NCBI GenBank assembly: GCA_045641205.1
Contig: JAZUGM010000392.1
Location: 2,577-66,576, forward strand
DNA length: 64,000 bases
DNA from: Thermoguttaceae bacterium
Lineage (GTDB): Bacteria > Planctomycetota > Planctomycetia > Pirellulales > Thermoguttaceae
Direction: 5' to 3'
Part shown: piece after piece, positions 1 to 9,342 of the stretch
Layout: every line of letters begins with the position of its first letter
How positions within the stretch are numbered: the first letter of the stretch is position 1
Notes under the pieces: generated by a model
What the model saw: only the letters and a program-made list of their open reading frames with translations
What the model was told of the DNA's origin: nothing
Databases searched by the model: none
Program-made: the position numbers and the translations under genes

Positions 1-3000
1 CCGCCCAATACGCAAGATCGGCGAGATTCTTACGAACGGTCGCTTCGACGAGCGCGCCGGATTCGGAGTCGTCGGAAGACGCGCCGTTTTCCGCTTTACT
101 CTCCATAACCGCCGACATATTCATAGCCTCTCTTCGCGTGCCAAACGCAGGGGCGGCGCCTCGCGCCATCGCCGGGGCCTCCATTGCCGCCATAGTCGGC
201 GCCGGCGCGGCTTCCTCCTCCCCAAACTCCATATCGGCGACGGCGGCGACGGCGTGAAACGCCGCCATAGCTTTGGCGCCGCGAGACTTCAGCGCGACTC
301 CGCCGCTCATACCGTCCATACCGCTCGACGTCGCGCCGAGGGGCGCCGCGCTCATCGAAAGCATAACGTCCATTCCGCCAAAGGCGCCGACGTTTTGCAA
401 ACGTTCGCGATAGTTGGAAGTCGCATAAACAAGGGAAAACGCGTCGAATATCGTAAGTCGATCGAGATTCGACGCCGTCCATTTATGCGAGTTGCGACGC
501 CATTTCCAGAAGAATTCACGAATATCGGGAACGTTGGAACCGCCCGATACGTATTCGAGCGACTTGTCGTAAATCGTCGCGACGGTCTGACCGACGACCG
601 GCTTTCCGTCGACGTCCGTCAAACGCAGTTTGATCTTCGCCTTTTCGCCCGGTCGCACGCGTTCTTCGACGGGCTCGACGGCGACGTCAAGCACGCGTTT
701 CTCGGGCGGAACGGCTATCTCTTTCAATTCGTCGTACAACTTGCCGTCGTAAACGGTCGTCGCTTCGACGAAAATATTCGGCTGATCCCCTTGTTCGATT
801 TTGAGTTCTACGCTTCCAAGTCCGTTTTGCAACTGAACAAACTGCGGCTTGTCCAGCGCGACGCCGTTTTGAGTGCGCGTAAAGACGATCGCAAGCGCGT
901 TCGGATTGTCGGACGCAAGCTGAATTTTCGCAGTTTCTCCGACGGAATACTCGGGCTTCTCGGGAATAATTTCAAGCGCGTTGAAACGGTAGCGCCCTTC
1001 CTCCTTCGCCGTCTTTTTATCGACGGCGTATTTAGCGAGATCGCCGCGAACGACGATCAGCTGACCGCCCTCTTCTTTAATTCCAGAGTCCGTTTCAACG
1101 ACGCAAGAAAGACGATATTGTCCGGGCGAAGCCGCTTTGAAGTCGACGCTTCCCGCCCCTTTTTCGTCGGTCTTGACGACCTTGGAAAAGACTTCCGTTT
1201 CAATCGGCTTGACGGCGCCGTCGGCGCTCGGAGCGTATTCGACTTTGTACAATTTCACCGTCGCGGTTCCGACGACCGGCTTTTCGTCAAGTCGACGCGC
1301 TTGGAAACACGCGGTCGCCTTGTCCCCGACTTTATAGAACCCGCGTTCGAACCAAACGTATGTCTGGAACGGTTTGCGCGCGGCGTAAACGGAACCTTTG
1401 CCAACGATCGTTCGTCGAGACTGGTCGACGACTTCCGCTTCGATTTCGTACTTTTGATCGTCGTTCGGATAAATAACCTTCGCAAGGGACGAATCGATTT
1501 CGATTTCAAATTTTCCATCAGCCCCGATCGCCGCCTCTCCTTCGGCGACGATTTCAGGAACGCCGAACTCGCGCGAATCCCAGAAGCCGGGCAAGCGACA
1601 AACGCCCCAAGTCTTCCAGCCCGGATACCAGAGGCAATCATAAGCGAATTGCCAATAGCCGGGACCGTAGAACCAGTCCCAATATCGAGGCGGAAAATAC
1701 CGCGAACGATAATTCGAGCGGGTAACTTTATAGGAAACCGTCGCGTTCGTCACGGGCGCGCCGAAATAATATTTCGCTTCGACCGTCGCTTTGAATTTGT
1801 CTCCCAGCGCGACGGGTTCTTTCGGGGCGTCTACGTTTACTTGAAATTCCGGCTTGCGATATTCTTCAAGTCGGAAGGAACCGTCGCCGAAATAATTGGC
1901 TATTTCGCCGTTTGCGTCGATATCCAAGCCGAATTGCACGACGTAAACGCCTAACGTCGCGTCGTCGGGTATTTCGTAAGAACCGGCAAATCCGCCGTAT
2001 TCGTCCAACGTTACGCGCTCTTGCTTGACTTTCTCTCCTTTGGGCGAAATAATCTGATAGGAAATTTCGCGATTCGCCCATTCGTTCTTTTCGGGCGCGT
2101 CGTATTGCGCGTTCCCAACCCAGACTTTAAATTCCGCCTTTTGTTTCGGACGATAGATAGGACGGTCGGAAACAAAGAAAGCGCGCAACTGTTGGAATTT
2201 CCAAGAATCGTAACTCGAATACCACACGACGTCGAAATCCATAAAGGACGCCTGCGAAGGCGAGTTCGCATCCCTCGACGGCATAATCGTCAACGTTCTC
2301 CGATGTACGTCGGCGGACGTCTTCGCTTCTGCAATGGAACCGTCGGCGTCTGTCTTAGCCTTGCGCGTCTTGGTTTTGACGTCGCGCCCTTTCGTCGTAA
2401 CGTCAAAGAATTCGACTTCGGTATTCGCAAGGGGACGCCCGGTCGCGGCGTCAAGAAAATAATATCTCGTTTCGTCTTTGAGCGCCTTTTTCATAATCGC
2501 CGTATCGCGCAACCAAACGACGATCGCGTCGCGGTTCCCGTCCTTCGCCTTCGCTTCGATTAAGTAAGCGCCCGGCGCAAGCGTCGGCAGTTCGACCGAT
2601 TTAACGCGCGCAAATCGTCGCGGATCGGGCTCGAGGTCGACGCTAAAACGCGCGACTTCCTCCCCGATCATTTTTTCCCCGTCGTCAAGCGGCTTGATCG
2701 TTTCGAGATATTGTCGTTTTTGGAGGTCGCCTTCGCCTTCAAGACTTTCCCTGAGCAACAGTTCCGTCAAACGCTGTTGAATTGAATTCATATAGGCGTT
2801 TTGAACGGTCTTCCAGAAATTTTCAGAGCGTAGTTGCTTGAGCATCGCGCCGACGTTAAGACGCTTCGCCGTCAATTCGACTTGAGTCGCGTTGCGAAAT
2901 TTAATTCCTAATTCCGCTTTCATACCCGCGACGTCGCAAGAACCAATATCGAATCGAACGCGAGGATCGACGATTTGAGAAAGCGCGATTCGCGCTTCTT

Positions 3001-4426
3001 CAAGTTGCGCCGCGCAGGGTTGACTCCCGGCTTTGGTTTTCAGCGCTACAAGCGAATCGATAGCGGCTTGTCGCGCTTCGATCGCCTTGTCGAGTTGACG
3101 TCGATTTTCATACTCGCGCGCAATGTTGCTCCACGCCCTCCAGCGCGAATAACCGTCTGCGGCGTATTCCAACGATTCGCGCCAAAGAGCGATATAATCG
3201 TATTCTTCGGGCAGTTTGAATCGCTTTACGCCCGTCGCCAATTTTGCGATCGTTTCGGAATCTTCGAGCGTCTGCAAAGACCATACGCCGTCGGATTCGT
3301 TCGACTCCGGCGTCGGATCGTCGTTAAAGAAATAGTTGTAAGAACGCAACGTCTCAACCCCGTAGAGCGAACAGGCGGCGTTGGCGCGTTCCATAAGAAT
3401 TTCGAATTTTACGCGGGAGTCGCGCGTCGCTTCGAAACGTTCGAAACGCAACGCTTGAATACGCTCGCCGTCGTTTTTCGCCGCCTCAAAAGACTCGGGC
3501 TTCAAGAAGAAAACGGGGGCGCCTTCCGCGTCGGTCGGCGCGCCGGAATTACGGTTCCTTCGACCGTAAACGATCGGCTCGTAATCGGGCAAGACGTCGA
3601 GATCGGTAAGGACTTGCAAACGCCAAGTTCCGCTCGAATAGAACGGGTAATAACTCGCGTAAAGTTCCTGAACGAAGACCTGATAAAATCGATCGACGCT
3701 CATATATTGTTCCAACCGACTATCTTCGGGCGTCGAGTCGGATGCGACTTCCTGCCGAACCAAGGGCAAGGCGTCGCGCAACAACTGAAGTTTGCGAACG
3801 TGAAAACGCGCGGCGGTCGACAAAGGCTCCGAATCGCCGCGCGCCCCGTAAACAAAGCGTCCGTCGACGAAAGAACCTTCGTTAGGCAAACGCGAATACG
3901 CAAGTGCGACTGCCGTTTTGACGCGCCAAGAATCGGGCAAGGAAGCGAGCGTCTCTTCCAAAACGCGTTCGAAACGGACGAAACGTTCGTTAGGATCGTC
4001 GTAATGCACTACGTCGTAAAACCCTGCAAGGAAGTCGACGACGCGCGTTTTGTCAAATTCCGTCGCGTTTTCGGAACTAAGGATACGATCGACAAGAAAA
4101 CTTGCCTCGCCAAAAAGACGTTCTTCGCGCAATTCGCGGGCAAGTTCGAACAGTTCCTCGTTCGTTTTGCCTTCAAGGAGCTTGTCTGCCTCTTCCGTCG
4201 ATTTGCGCATAATATTCGTAAGAGGATTTTGAACGGTCGTCGGGTCGATTTTTTTAACGACCCTTTGCGACGCGTGAGGAACGACAATTTTTCCGGGCAT
4301 AGGCTCGCGCGCCTCCAAGGAACCGTTTGCAAACTCGAGCAGGATTCCAAACAACAAGGGAAGACCGAGGATAAGCGCAAAGGTCGCGCTAAACAAGATC
4401 GGTCTTTTCCAAAAACGTTTACGCAT
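1..4426 (-). CDS. alpha-2-macroglobulin family protein (multi-MG-domain protease trap); first ~1475 codons, C-terminal part lies beyond the window start
   Basis: Absent from the ORF track because it has no stop inside the window. Hand translation of the reverse strand from ATG 4426-4424 (GGAGG about 7 nt upstream) stays open to nt 2; spot-checked at nt ~1100, ~1950, ~2070 and ~2990. N-terminus MRKRFWKRPILFSATFALILGLPLLF looks like a signal/anchor. Body is beta-rich (..GVYVVQFGLDIDANGE.., ..GQYRLSCVVETDSG..). In-window end is ..VEATVRKNLADLAYWA, resembling the post-bait FPETW-type motif of A2M/C3 proteins. Plus-strand ORFs 254-1954 and 2975-4441 are its antisense shadows. Confidence 0.8.
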   Translation of the reverse strand, partial: MRKRFWKRPILFSATFALILGLPLLFGILLEFANGSLEAREPMPGKIVVPHASQRVVKKIDPTTVQNPLTNIMRKSTEEADKLLEGKTNEELFELARELREERLFGEASFLVDRILSSENATEFDKTRVVDFLAGFYDVVHYDDPNERFVRFERVLEETLASLPDSWRVKTAVALAYSRLPNEGSFVDGRFVYGARGDSEPLSTAARFHVRKLQLLRDALPLVRQEVASDSTPEDSRLEQYMSVDRFYQVFVQELYASYYPFYSSGTWRLQVLTDLDVLPDYEPIVYGRRNRNSGAPTDAEGAPVFFLKPESFEAAKNDGERIQALRFERFEATRDSRVKFEILMERANAACSLYGVETLRSYNYFFNDDPTPESNESDGVWSLQTLEDSETIAKLATGVKRFKLPEEYDYIALWRESLEYAADGYSRWRAWSNIAREYENRRQLDKAIEARQAAIDSLVALKTKAGSQPCAAQLEEARIALSQIVDPRVRFDIGSCDVAGMKAELGIKFRNATQVELTAKRLNVGAMLKQLRSENFWKTVQNAYMNSIQQRLTELLLRESLEGEGDLQKRQYLETIKPLDDGEKMIGEEVARFSVDLEPDPRRFARVKSVELPTLAPGAYLIEAKAKDGNRDAIVVWLRDTAIMKKALKDETRYYFLDAATGRPLANTEVEFFDVTTKGRDVKTKTRKAKTDADGSIAEAKTSADVHRRTLTIMPSRDANSPSQASFMDFDVVWYSSYDSWKFQQLRAFFVSDRPIYRPKQKAEFKVWVGNAQYDAPEKNEWANREISYQIISPKGEKVKQERVTLDEYGGFAGSYEIPDDATLGVYVVQFGLDIDANGEIANYFGDGSFRLEEYRKPEFQVNVDAPKEPVALGDKFKATVEAKYYFGAPVTNATVSYKVTRSNYRSRYFPPRYWDWFYGPGYWQFAYDCLWYPGWKTWGVCRLPGFWDSREFGVPEIVAEGEAAIGADGKFEIEIDSSLAKVIYPNDDQKYEIEAEVVDQSRRTIVGKGSVYAARKPFQTYVWFERGFYKVGDKATACFQARRLDEKPVVGTATVKLYKVEYAPSADGAVKPIETEVFSKVVKTDEKGAGSVDFKAASPGQYRLSCVVETDSGIKEEGGQLIVVRGDLAKYAVDKKTAKEEGRYRFNALEIIPEKPEYSVGETAKIQLASDNPNALAIVFTRTQNGVALDKPQFVQLQNGLGSVELKIEQGDQPNIFVEATTVYDGKLYDELKEIAVPPEKRVLDVAVEPVEERVRPGEKAKIKLRLTDVDGKPVVGQTVATIYDKSLEYVSGGSNVPDIREFFWKWRRNSHKWTASNLDRLTIFDAFSLVYATSNYRERLQNVGAFGGMDVMLSMSAAPLGATSSGMDGMSGGVALKSRGAKAMAAFHAVAAVADMEFGEEEAAPAPTMAAMEAPAMARGAAPAFGTRREAMNMSAVMESKAENGASSDDSESGALVEATVRKNLADLAYWA

Positions 4427-4968
4427 AAACCCGCCTCCTAATTATTGTCGGGGTTAAATTGGGAAACCGCGCGACGTCGCGACAAGTCCGACGACGCTTT
4501 ATAACGATTCTATCGTTTCCATTCGCACAAGGAGTCGACGAAACGATCAACGCCTCGTTATGGTTGTTATTCTATCAAAAAAAACGATTATTCCAACGGT
4601 TGTGTTTTTTTTTACGCGCTGAATCGTTTATGTCGATTGACAGAGCGGGCGTCGACGCCAAACGCTCGTATAAATCACACATTCGGAAAAACTAGCGCAA
4701 CAGATATTATTTCACGCAAATGAAAGAAATCTGTTAAAATACCCAAATTGGGGGCTTTTCAATCGCAAACAAATGGGCAAAATATATGCGACTTGGCGTT
4801 TATGGTTAATTGGCAAAAACGTCAAGTTCAACAAACGGTCAAACGTTCGTAAAACGGTTTTATTCGATTAGACGCGGCGTCGAACGGTTTGTTGCGCGAA
4901 AAATTCCGAATCCGATCGCAGCGACGGCGCGCGATCAGAGACGATCGAGCGATATCGAGGAGAAAAAA

Positions 4969-6135
4969 ATGAAGGTCAATTTCAGTTGGGCGGCGCTTGT
5001 CGCGTTAGCGGTCGTTTTTGCCGAAGTTCCGGCGTTTGCGGGTCTATTTGACGGCTGTTTGTTCAAAAACAACGCGGAGTCCGTTTCTGAAGACGTCTCG
5101 TTCTTTGACGATCAAGCGTTGACGTTTGGCGATATGAGCGCTTCTCTTGAGTCGAATTACGCGTTTAGCGAAGTCGACGGCTTTTACGGCGAATGCGCCA
5201 GTTGCGCAGGAGCTTCGGAAACGTTCGTCGACGGAGGCGTCCCCGCCGCTATTTCTTACGACGCTTACCCGACTTACGGTTGCGCGGACGCCTGCGGCTA
5301 TGCGAACGTTTGCGGTTATACGAACTATGTCGCTCCGCGACGCGACGGATGCTTGCGACGCCTTTGCAGACGCGTCAAAAATTTCTTCCGCAGTCGATGC
5401 AACTATTGTCAACCCGCTTACGTCTGCGATCCGTGCTGGAGTTTTTGCGAGCCTAGTTGCACGCCCGTTTGTTCGACGATTAGCGATCCTTGCTGGACGC
5501 CTTGCGCCCCGACTTGCGATTTCGGTTGCGGTTCGTCCTGCGATCCTTGCGGAGTCGTCGGTTATAACGCCGGAACCGTATTCGCGCCTCATTCTTGTTG
5601 CGGCGACGGATATTATCCCGGCGAAGTCAACGAACTTGACCCCGCGACGGGCAAAGCGGTCGTCGACGGCGGAATTGACGCGCAAACTCCGAACAACGCT
5701 CCGATCAACGCGTCGACCCCCCTTCCAAGCTCCACGTTAAGCACGGAACCCGCGCAACCCGCCGTTCCGGCGTTGCAACAGAACAATAATCTTCAAGTTC
5801 CGTCCTACGAACAAAACGACGACGAACTTGAAACCGTTCCGACTCCCCAAGCGAACCCCAATCTTGGCGCCGGTATTTTAAGAATGTTGGTTCCGGCGGA
5901 TTCCGTCGTTTACGTCAACGGTTATCGTACCAAACAAACGGGCGAAGTGAGAACTTTTGCCGCGAATAATTTGGAAGTCGGCGAAACCTACACGTTCGAA
6001 GTTCGCGTCGTTGCTTTGCGCGACGGTGAAATCTACGAAGACGTCCAATCCGCCACGTTGACCGCCGGATCGAACGCCGCGCTCGCCTTCAACTTGACGC
6101 TTAAAGAAAACCAAGCCTACGCGATGGGACGTTAA
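4969..6135 (+). CDS. secreted Cys-rich protein with C-terminal TIGR03000-type (Planctomycetes) domain
   Basis: Internal ATG at 4969 preceded by GAGGAG; MKVNFSWAALVALAVVFAEVPAFA signal peptide. Middle has repeated (D)PCW..C.P.C motifs. C-terminus LRMLVPADSVVYVNGYRTKQTGEVRTFAANNLEVGETYTFEVRVVALRDGEIYEDVQSATLTAGSNAALAFNL fits my recollection of the TIGR03000 pattern. Confidence 0.75.
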   Translation: MKVNFSWAALVALAVVFAEVPAFAGLFDGCLFKNNAESVSEDVSFFDDQALTFGDMSASLESNYAFSEVDGFYGECASCAGASETFVDGGVPAAISYDAYPTYGCADACGYANVCGYTNYVAPRRDGCLRRLCRRVKNFFRSRCNYCQPAYVCDPCWSFCEPSCTPVCSTISDPCWTPCAPTCDFGCGSSCDPCGVVGYNAGTVFAPHSCCGDGYYPGEVNELDPATGKAVVDGGIDAQTPNNAPINASTPLPSSTLSTEPAQPAVPALQQNNNLQVPSYEQNDDELETVPTPQANPNLGAGILRMLVPADSVVYVNGYRTKQTGEVRTFAANNLEVGETYTFEVRVVALRDGEIYEDVQSATLTAGSNAALAFNLTLKENQAYAMGR

Positions 6136-6183
6136 TCTCGTTCGTAGACGCCTCTTGCCGTTAATTAGACGCCTAATTAAAAA

Positions 6184-6214
6184 GTCGCCGATCAGAAGAT
6201 CGACGGCTTTTTTT
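6184..6214. terminator. bidirectional intrinsic terminator between convergent genes
   Basis: gtcgccgatc-agaa-gatcgacggc hairpin (10 bp, one mismatch) flanked by an A-run upstream and ttttttt downstream. Lies between the stops at 6135 (+) and 6298 (-). Confidence 0.5.
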
Positions 6215-6297
6215 ATTCTTACGAACCGACGAGACCGCGCAAAGAGAATTCTATTCAGAATCCTTCACACGTAAAAGCGTCAATTCTTAAACGATCG

Positions 6298-7005
6298 TCA
6301 TTCGGCGACTGGCGCTTCAGGCGCGGGAGTTTCGGACGCGGAGGCCGTTTCAGGAGCCGCAGGCGCGTCGGTTGCGGCGGGCGCTTCAGGCGTCGCTTCT
6401 TCGGCGGGAGGCGCGGGAGCGTCGCTCGGCGCGGGGGCGCCCGATCCGGGTCTGCCTCCGCCCATTCGCGGACCACGCGGCATACTCTCTAGGAACGCTT
6501 TGACTTCTTCTTCGCTAAGGAATCCGTCGGCGTCGGCGTCCGCTTTCTGAATCGCTTCTTTCATCGGGTCGGGCATGCGCGCGTCGGCAAGTTTCGACAA
6601 GTCGATCTTGCCCTCCTCGTTCTTGAGTTGATTGAGCGGATTGCGCATTTCGCGCATCTTCACTTCCGCCGCCTCGCGTTCCTCGTCGTTGAGCAGTCCG
6701 TCGCCGTCCGCGTCCGCCTGTTGCAACGCTTCTTTCATTTGATCGGGCATACGCGAGTCGGCAAGTTTCGACAAATCGATCTTGCCTTCTTCGTTCTTTA
6801 ACGCATCCATCGGATTGCCTCGACGACCTCCTCCTGGACCGCCCATACCCGGTCCGCGCGGCGCGTCGGCGCTCGAAGCGGCGCTTGCGGCGGAGTTCTG
6901 TTCGGCGCTCTTATTGGCGGCTCGTTCTTTCAGCGCGGGCGCGATAAAGTCGACGGCGATCACAACGACCGCCACGACGACTACGATAACGATAATCTTT
7001 TTCAT
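6298..7005 (-). CDS. membrane-anchored protein with two EF-hand calcium-binding loops (internal duplication)
   Basis: N-terminal hydrophobic helix KKIIVIVVVVAVVVIAV. Two canonical 12-residue loops, DADGDGLLNDEE and DADADGFLSEEE, each inside a ~45-aa repeat (LKNEEGKIDLSKLAD.RMPD.MKEA..). Pro/Ala-rich C-terminus. Confidence 0.75.
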   Translation of the reverse strand: MKKIIVIVVVVAVVVIAVDFIAPALKERAANKSAEQNSAASAASSADAPRGPGMGGPGGGRRGNPMDALKNEEGKIDLSKLADSRMPDQMKEALQQADADGDGLLNDEEREAAEVKMREMRNPLNQLKNEEGKIDLSKLADARMPDPMKEAIQKADADADGFLSEEEVKAFLESMPRGPRMGGGRPGSGAPAPSDAPAPPAEEATPEAPAATDAPAAPETASASETPAPEAPVAE

Positions 7006-7269
7006 TGTTCTTCCAATTCAGTTAAAAATTTGGAAAAGCGAACTCGGGTTGACTGGACTCCGATTGTACTCAACATAAAGGAACGTTGCAAGAAAATTGT
7101 GAAAAAAAAGAAAAAAATTGACGCGTCGTCCCATCGCGCGGCGCAAAAGTCGCGCATATCGTCGCGTCTATTCAAAAAACAAAAAAGCGCTATACTCTCA
7201 AGCAATGAAAATTCCAACGTAAGAACGCGCTGGAAATTCGACAAGAGTTCGAGAAACGTCGAGGAAAAA

Positions 7270-8523
7270 ATGGCTCAAAACGATTCAATGCGGTTCGTTT
7301 ATCTTGACAACAACGCGACGACGGCGATCGCGCCCGAAGTCGTCGACGCGATGCGCCCCTATTTCGAAACGAAGTACTGGAATCCAAGTTCAATGTACGA
7401 ACCGGCGGCAAATCTAGCGCGAGAACTCGACAAAGCGCGTAAAATCGTCGCCAAGGAATTGGGAGCCGCCGCGCCTGACGAAATTATTTTCACTTCCTGC
7501 GCCACGGAAAGCAACAACGCCGCGATCTTTGGAGGATTGCGCGCCGCGATCAAGGCAAATCCCAAGCGTCGACGCGTGATAACGTCGAAAGTCGAACACC
7601 CCGCCGTCTTGGAAGTGTGTAAAAGACTCGAAAAAGACGGATACGAAGTCGACTGGATCGGCGTCGATTCCAACGGCAAAATTAATTTGCGCGAATACGT
7701 CCAAGCGCTTCGACCGGGCGAAACGGCGCTCGTCTCGATGATGCACGCCAACAACGAAACGGGCGTCGTCTTTCCGATCGAACGACTTGCAAGACTCGCC
7801 AAAGAGACCGACCCTAAAATCGTCTTTCACGTCGACGCCACGCAGTCGGTTACGAAACTGCCGATCGATTTGAGCCGCGTCGCGACGTCCAACGAGTCGT
7901 CGGGCGCGTTTGCCAACGTCGATATGCTTTCTTTCAGCGGGCACAAAATTCACGCGCCGAAGGGAGTCGGCGCCCTGTACGTCAAGCGCGGAACGCCCTT
8001 TGAACCTTTTATGATCGGCGGTCATCAAGAACGCGGTCGACGCGCCGGAACGGAAAACGTCCCTTATATAATGGGGCTTGCAAAAGCGCTCGAGCTTGAA
8101 AGCGACTCTATTCTCGAACGAGGCGCAAAAATGGCGGCGATGCGCGACAGACTGCAAAACGCGCTCGAAACGCAAATTCCTTGGCTCGTCGTCAACGGCA
8201 AAAACGCGCCGCGAACTCCAAACACGTTAAACGTCGCCGTATACGGAGCCGAAGGCGAGGCGATTTTAATGCTTATGTCCTCGAAGGGCGTCTGCGTTTC
8301 GAGCGGTTCCGCTTGCACTTCAGGCTCGTTGGAGCCGTCGCACGTCCTTACCGCGATGCAAGTCCCCTCGGGCGCGTTGCAAGGTAACTTCCGTTTCAGT
8401 TTGAGCCGATACACGACCGACGAAGAAATCGACGTCGCGATCAAAGCCTTCGTCGAGTCGGTCGACGAAGCGCGAAAGACCTCTTCCAAGTGGGATAACG
8501 CCAAGGACGAGCCGATCGCGTGA
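7270..8523 (+). CDS. cysteine desulfurase (NifS/IscS class I, PLP-dependent)
   Basis: Start moved to ATG 7270 (MAQNDSMRFVYLDNNATT..). SFSGHKIHAPKGVGALYV carries the PLP lysine and SSGSACTSGSLEPSHVL the active-site Cys loop. The upstream part of the track ORF is Lys-rich junk. Confidence 0.9.
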   Translation: MAQNDSMRFVYLDNNATTAIAPEVVDAMRPYFETKYWNPSSMYEPAANLARELDKARKIVAKELGAAAPDEIIFTSCATESNNAAIFGGLRAAIKANPKRRRVITSKVEHPAVLEVCKRLEKDGYEVDWIGVDSNGKINLREYVQALRPGETALVSMMHANNETGVVFPIERLARLAKETDPKIVFHVDATQSVTKLPIDLSRVATSNESSGAFANVDMLSFSGHKIHAPKGVGALYVKRGTPFEPFMIGGHQERGRRAGTENVPYIMGLAKALELESDSILERGAKMAAMRDRLQNALETQIPWLVVNGKNAPRTPNTLNVAVYGAEGEAILMLMSSKGVCVSSGSACTSGSLEPSHVLTAMQVPSGALQGNFRFSLSRYTTDEEIDVAIKAFVESVDEARKTSSKWDNAKDEPIA

Positions 8524-8651
8524 CGAAAAACGTTCATTTGCCGCTATTATTTCGCGTTGCACGCCGTTTGAAAACGACGCGCCGTCTTACGTTTTGACAA
8601 CGAAACAAGTTTTTCGGACAAAAGGTTTTCAGACCTCGCGGAGGAGAAGCG

Positions 8652-8849
8652 TTGAGTCAAACGTCCTTCATTTCGTTTTGCGTCGAGTTTTATGCGGCGC
8701 ATATCGGGCAAACCGGCGCGGAAGTTTACGACTTGTTCAAAAAAGAAGGCGTCCTTAATTTGCTAGAAACCGATTACGACGACCTTCACGGAATGGGAAT
8801 CGAATATCTTATGCAAACGTTCGACGAATATCTCGGTTGTAAGGCGTAA
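8652..8849 (+). CDS. DUF3791-like small protein
   Basis: 65 aa, TTG start; SFISFCVEFYAAHIGQTGAEVYDLFKKEGVLNLLETDYDDLHGMG matches my recollection of DUF3791. Stop overlaps the next start (TAATG). Confidence 0.65.
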   Translation: MSQTSFISFCVEFYAAHIGQTGAEVYDLFKKEGVLNLLETDYDDLHGMGIEYLMQTFDEYLGCKA

Positions 8850-9340
8850 TGTTAGTTTACCGCGGAACAACCTTAGAAATACGCGAGCCCAAAATCATAA
8901 CGTCCGAAATTGGCCGCGATTTCGGATTCGCTTTTTATACGACCGACATAAAAGAACAAGCCGAACGCTGGGCGCGACGCCGCGCGAAAATACAGTCGCG
9001 TTTGAATCGAAACGGCCCGGCGGTCGTCAACGTTTACGAATGGTCGAGAAGCGATAATTTGCGCGTCAAAGAATTTGACGGAGCTTCGTGGGATTGGCTT
9101 GATACGGTCGTGAATTGCCGAAGTAATCCCGCTTTTCGGCACGGATTTGACGTCGTTATCGGAAATATCGCCGACGACGACGTCGGAGAGACGGTCGCGT
9201 TTGTCGTTCAAGGAATTATGCGCAAGGAAGACGCGATTAAAAGACTCCAATTCAAGAAAATCAACGATCAGATCGCTTTCTGCACGGAAGAGGCGTTATC
9301 GGAAATCAATTTTGTCGAAAGTTACGTTCTAGAGAGTTGA
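8849..9340 (+). CDS. DUF3990-like protein (possible ADP-ribosyltransferase-fold)
   Basis: MLVYRGTTLEIREPKIITSEIGRDFGFAFYTTDIKEQAERWA is the typical DUF3990 N-terminus (usually LYHGS...RDFG.GFY.T....A..WA). Translationally coupled to both neighbours. Confidence 0.7.
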   Translation: MLVYRGTTLEIREPKIITSEIGRDFGFAFYTTDIKEQAERWARRRAKIQSRLNRNGPAVVNVYEWSRSDNLRVKEFDGASWDWLDTVVNCRSNPAFRHGFDVVIGNIADDDVGETVAFVVQGIMRKEDAIKRLQFKKINDQIAFCTEEALSEINFVESYVLES

Positions 9341-9342
9341 AT

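Noticed and set aside
254-4441. Long plus-strand ORFs 254-1954 (566 aa) and 2975-4441 (488 aa) from the ORF track
   Set aside because: Their translations are Arg/Phe-rich nonsense with no motifs. The opposite strand carries one continuous, protein-like alpha-2-macroglobulin reading frame. They are antisense shadows produced by the NCG/CGN codon bias.
4459-4695. 78-aa ORF in the divergent spacer between the A2M gene and the TIGR03000 gene
   Set aside because: It has no RBS and odd composition, and it lies in an AT-rich promoter-like region.
7414-8175. 253-aa minus-strand ORF. Analogous long antisense ORFs are 20132-21043, 38472-39290, 44652-45605, 56635-57303 and 62350-62985.
   Set aside because: Each lies fully inside a confidently identified gene on the other strand: cysteine desulfurase, GH2, protein C, apgM, GH16 or the kinase. 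Each has Arg-rich low-information composition.
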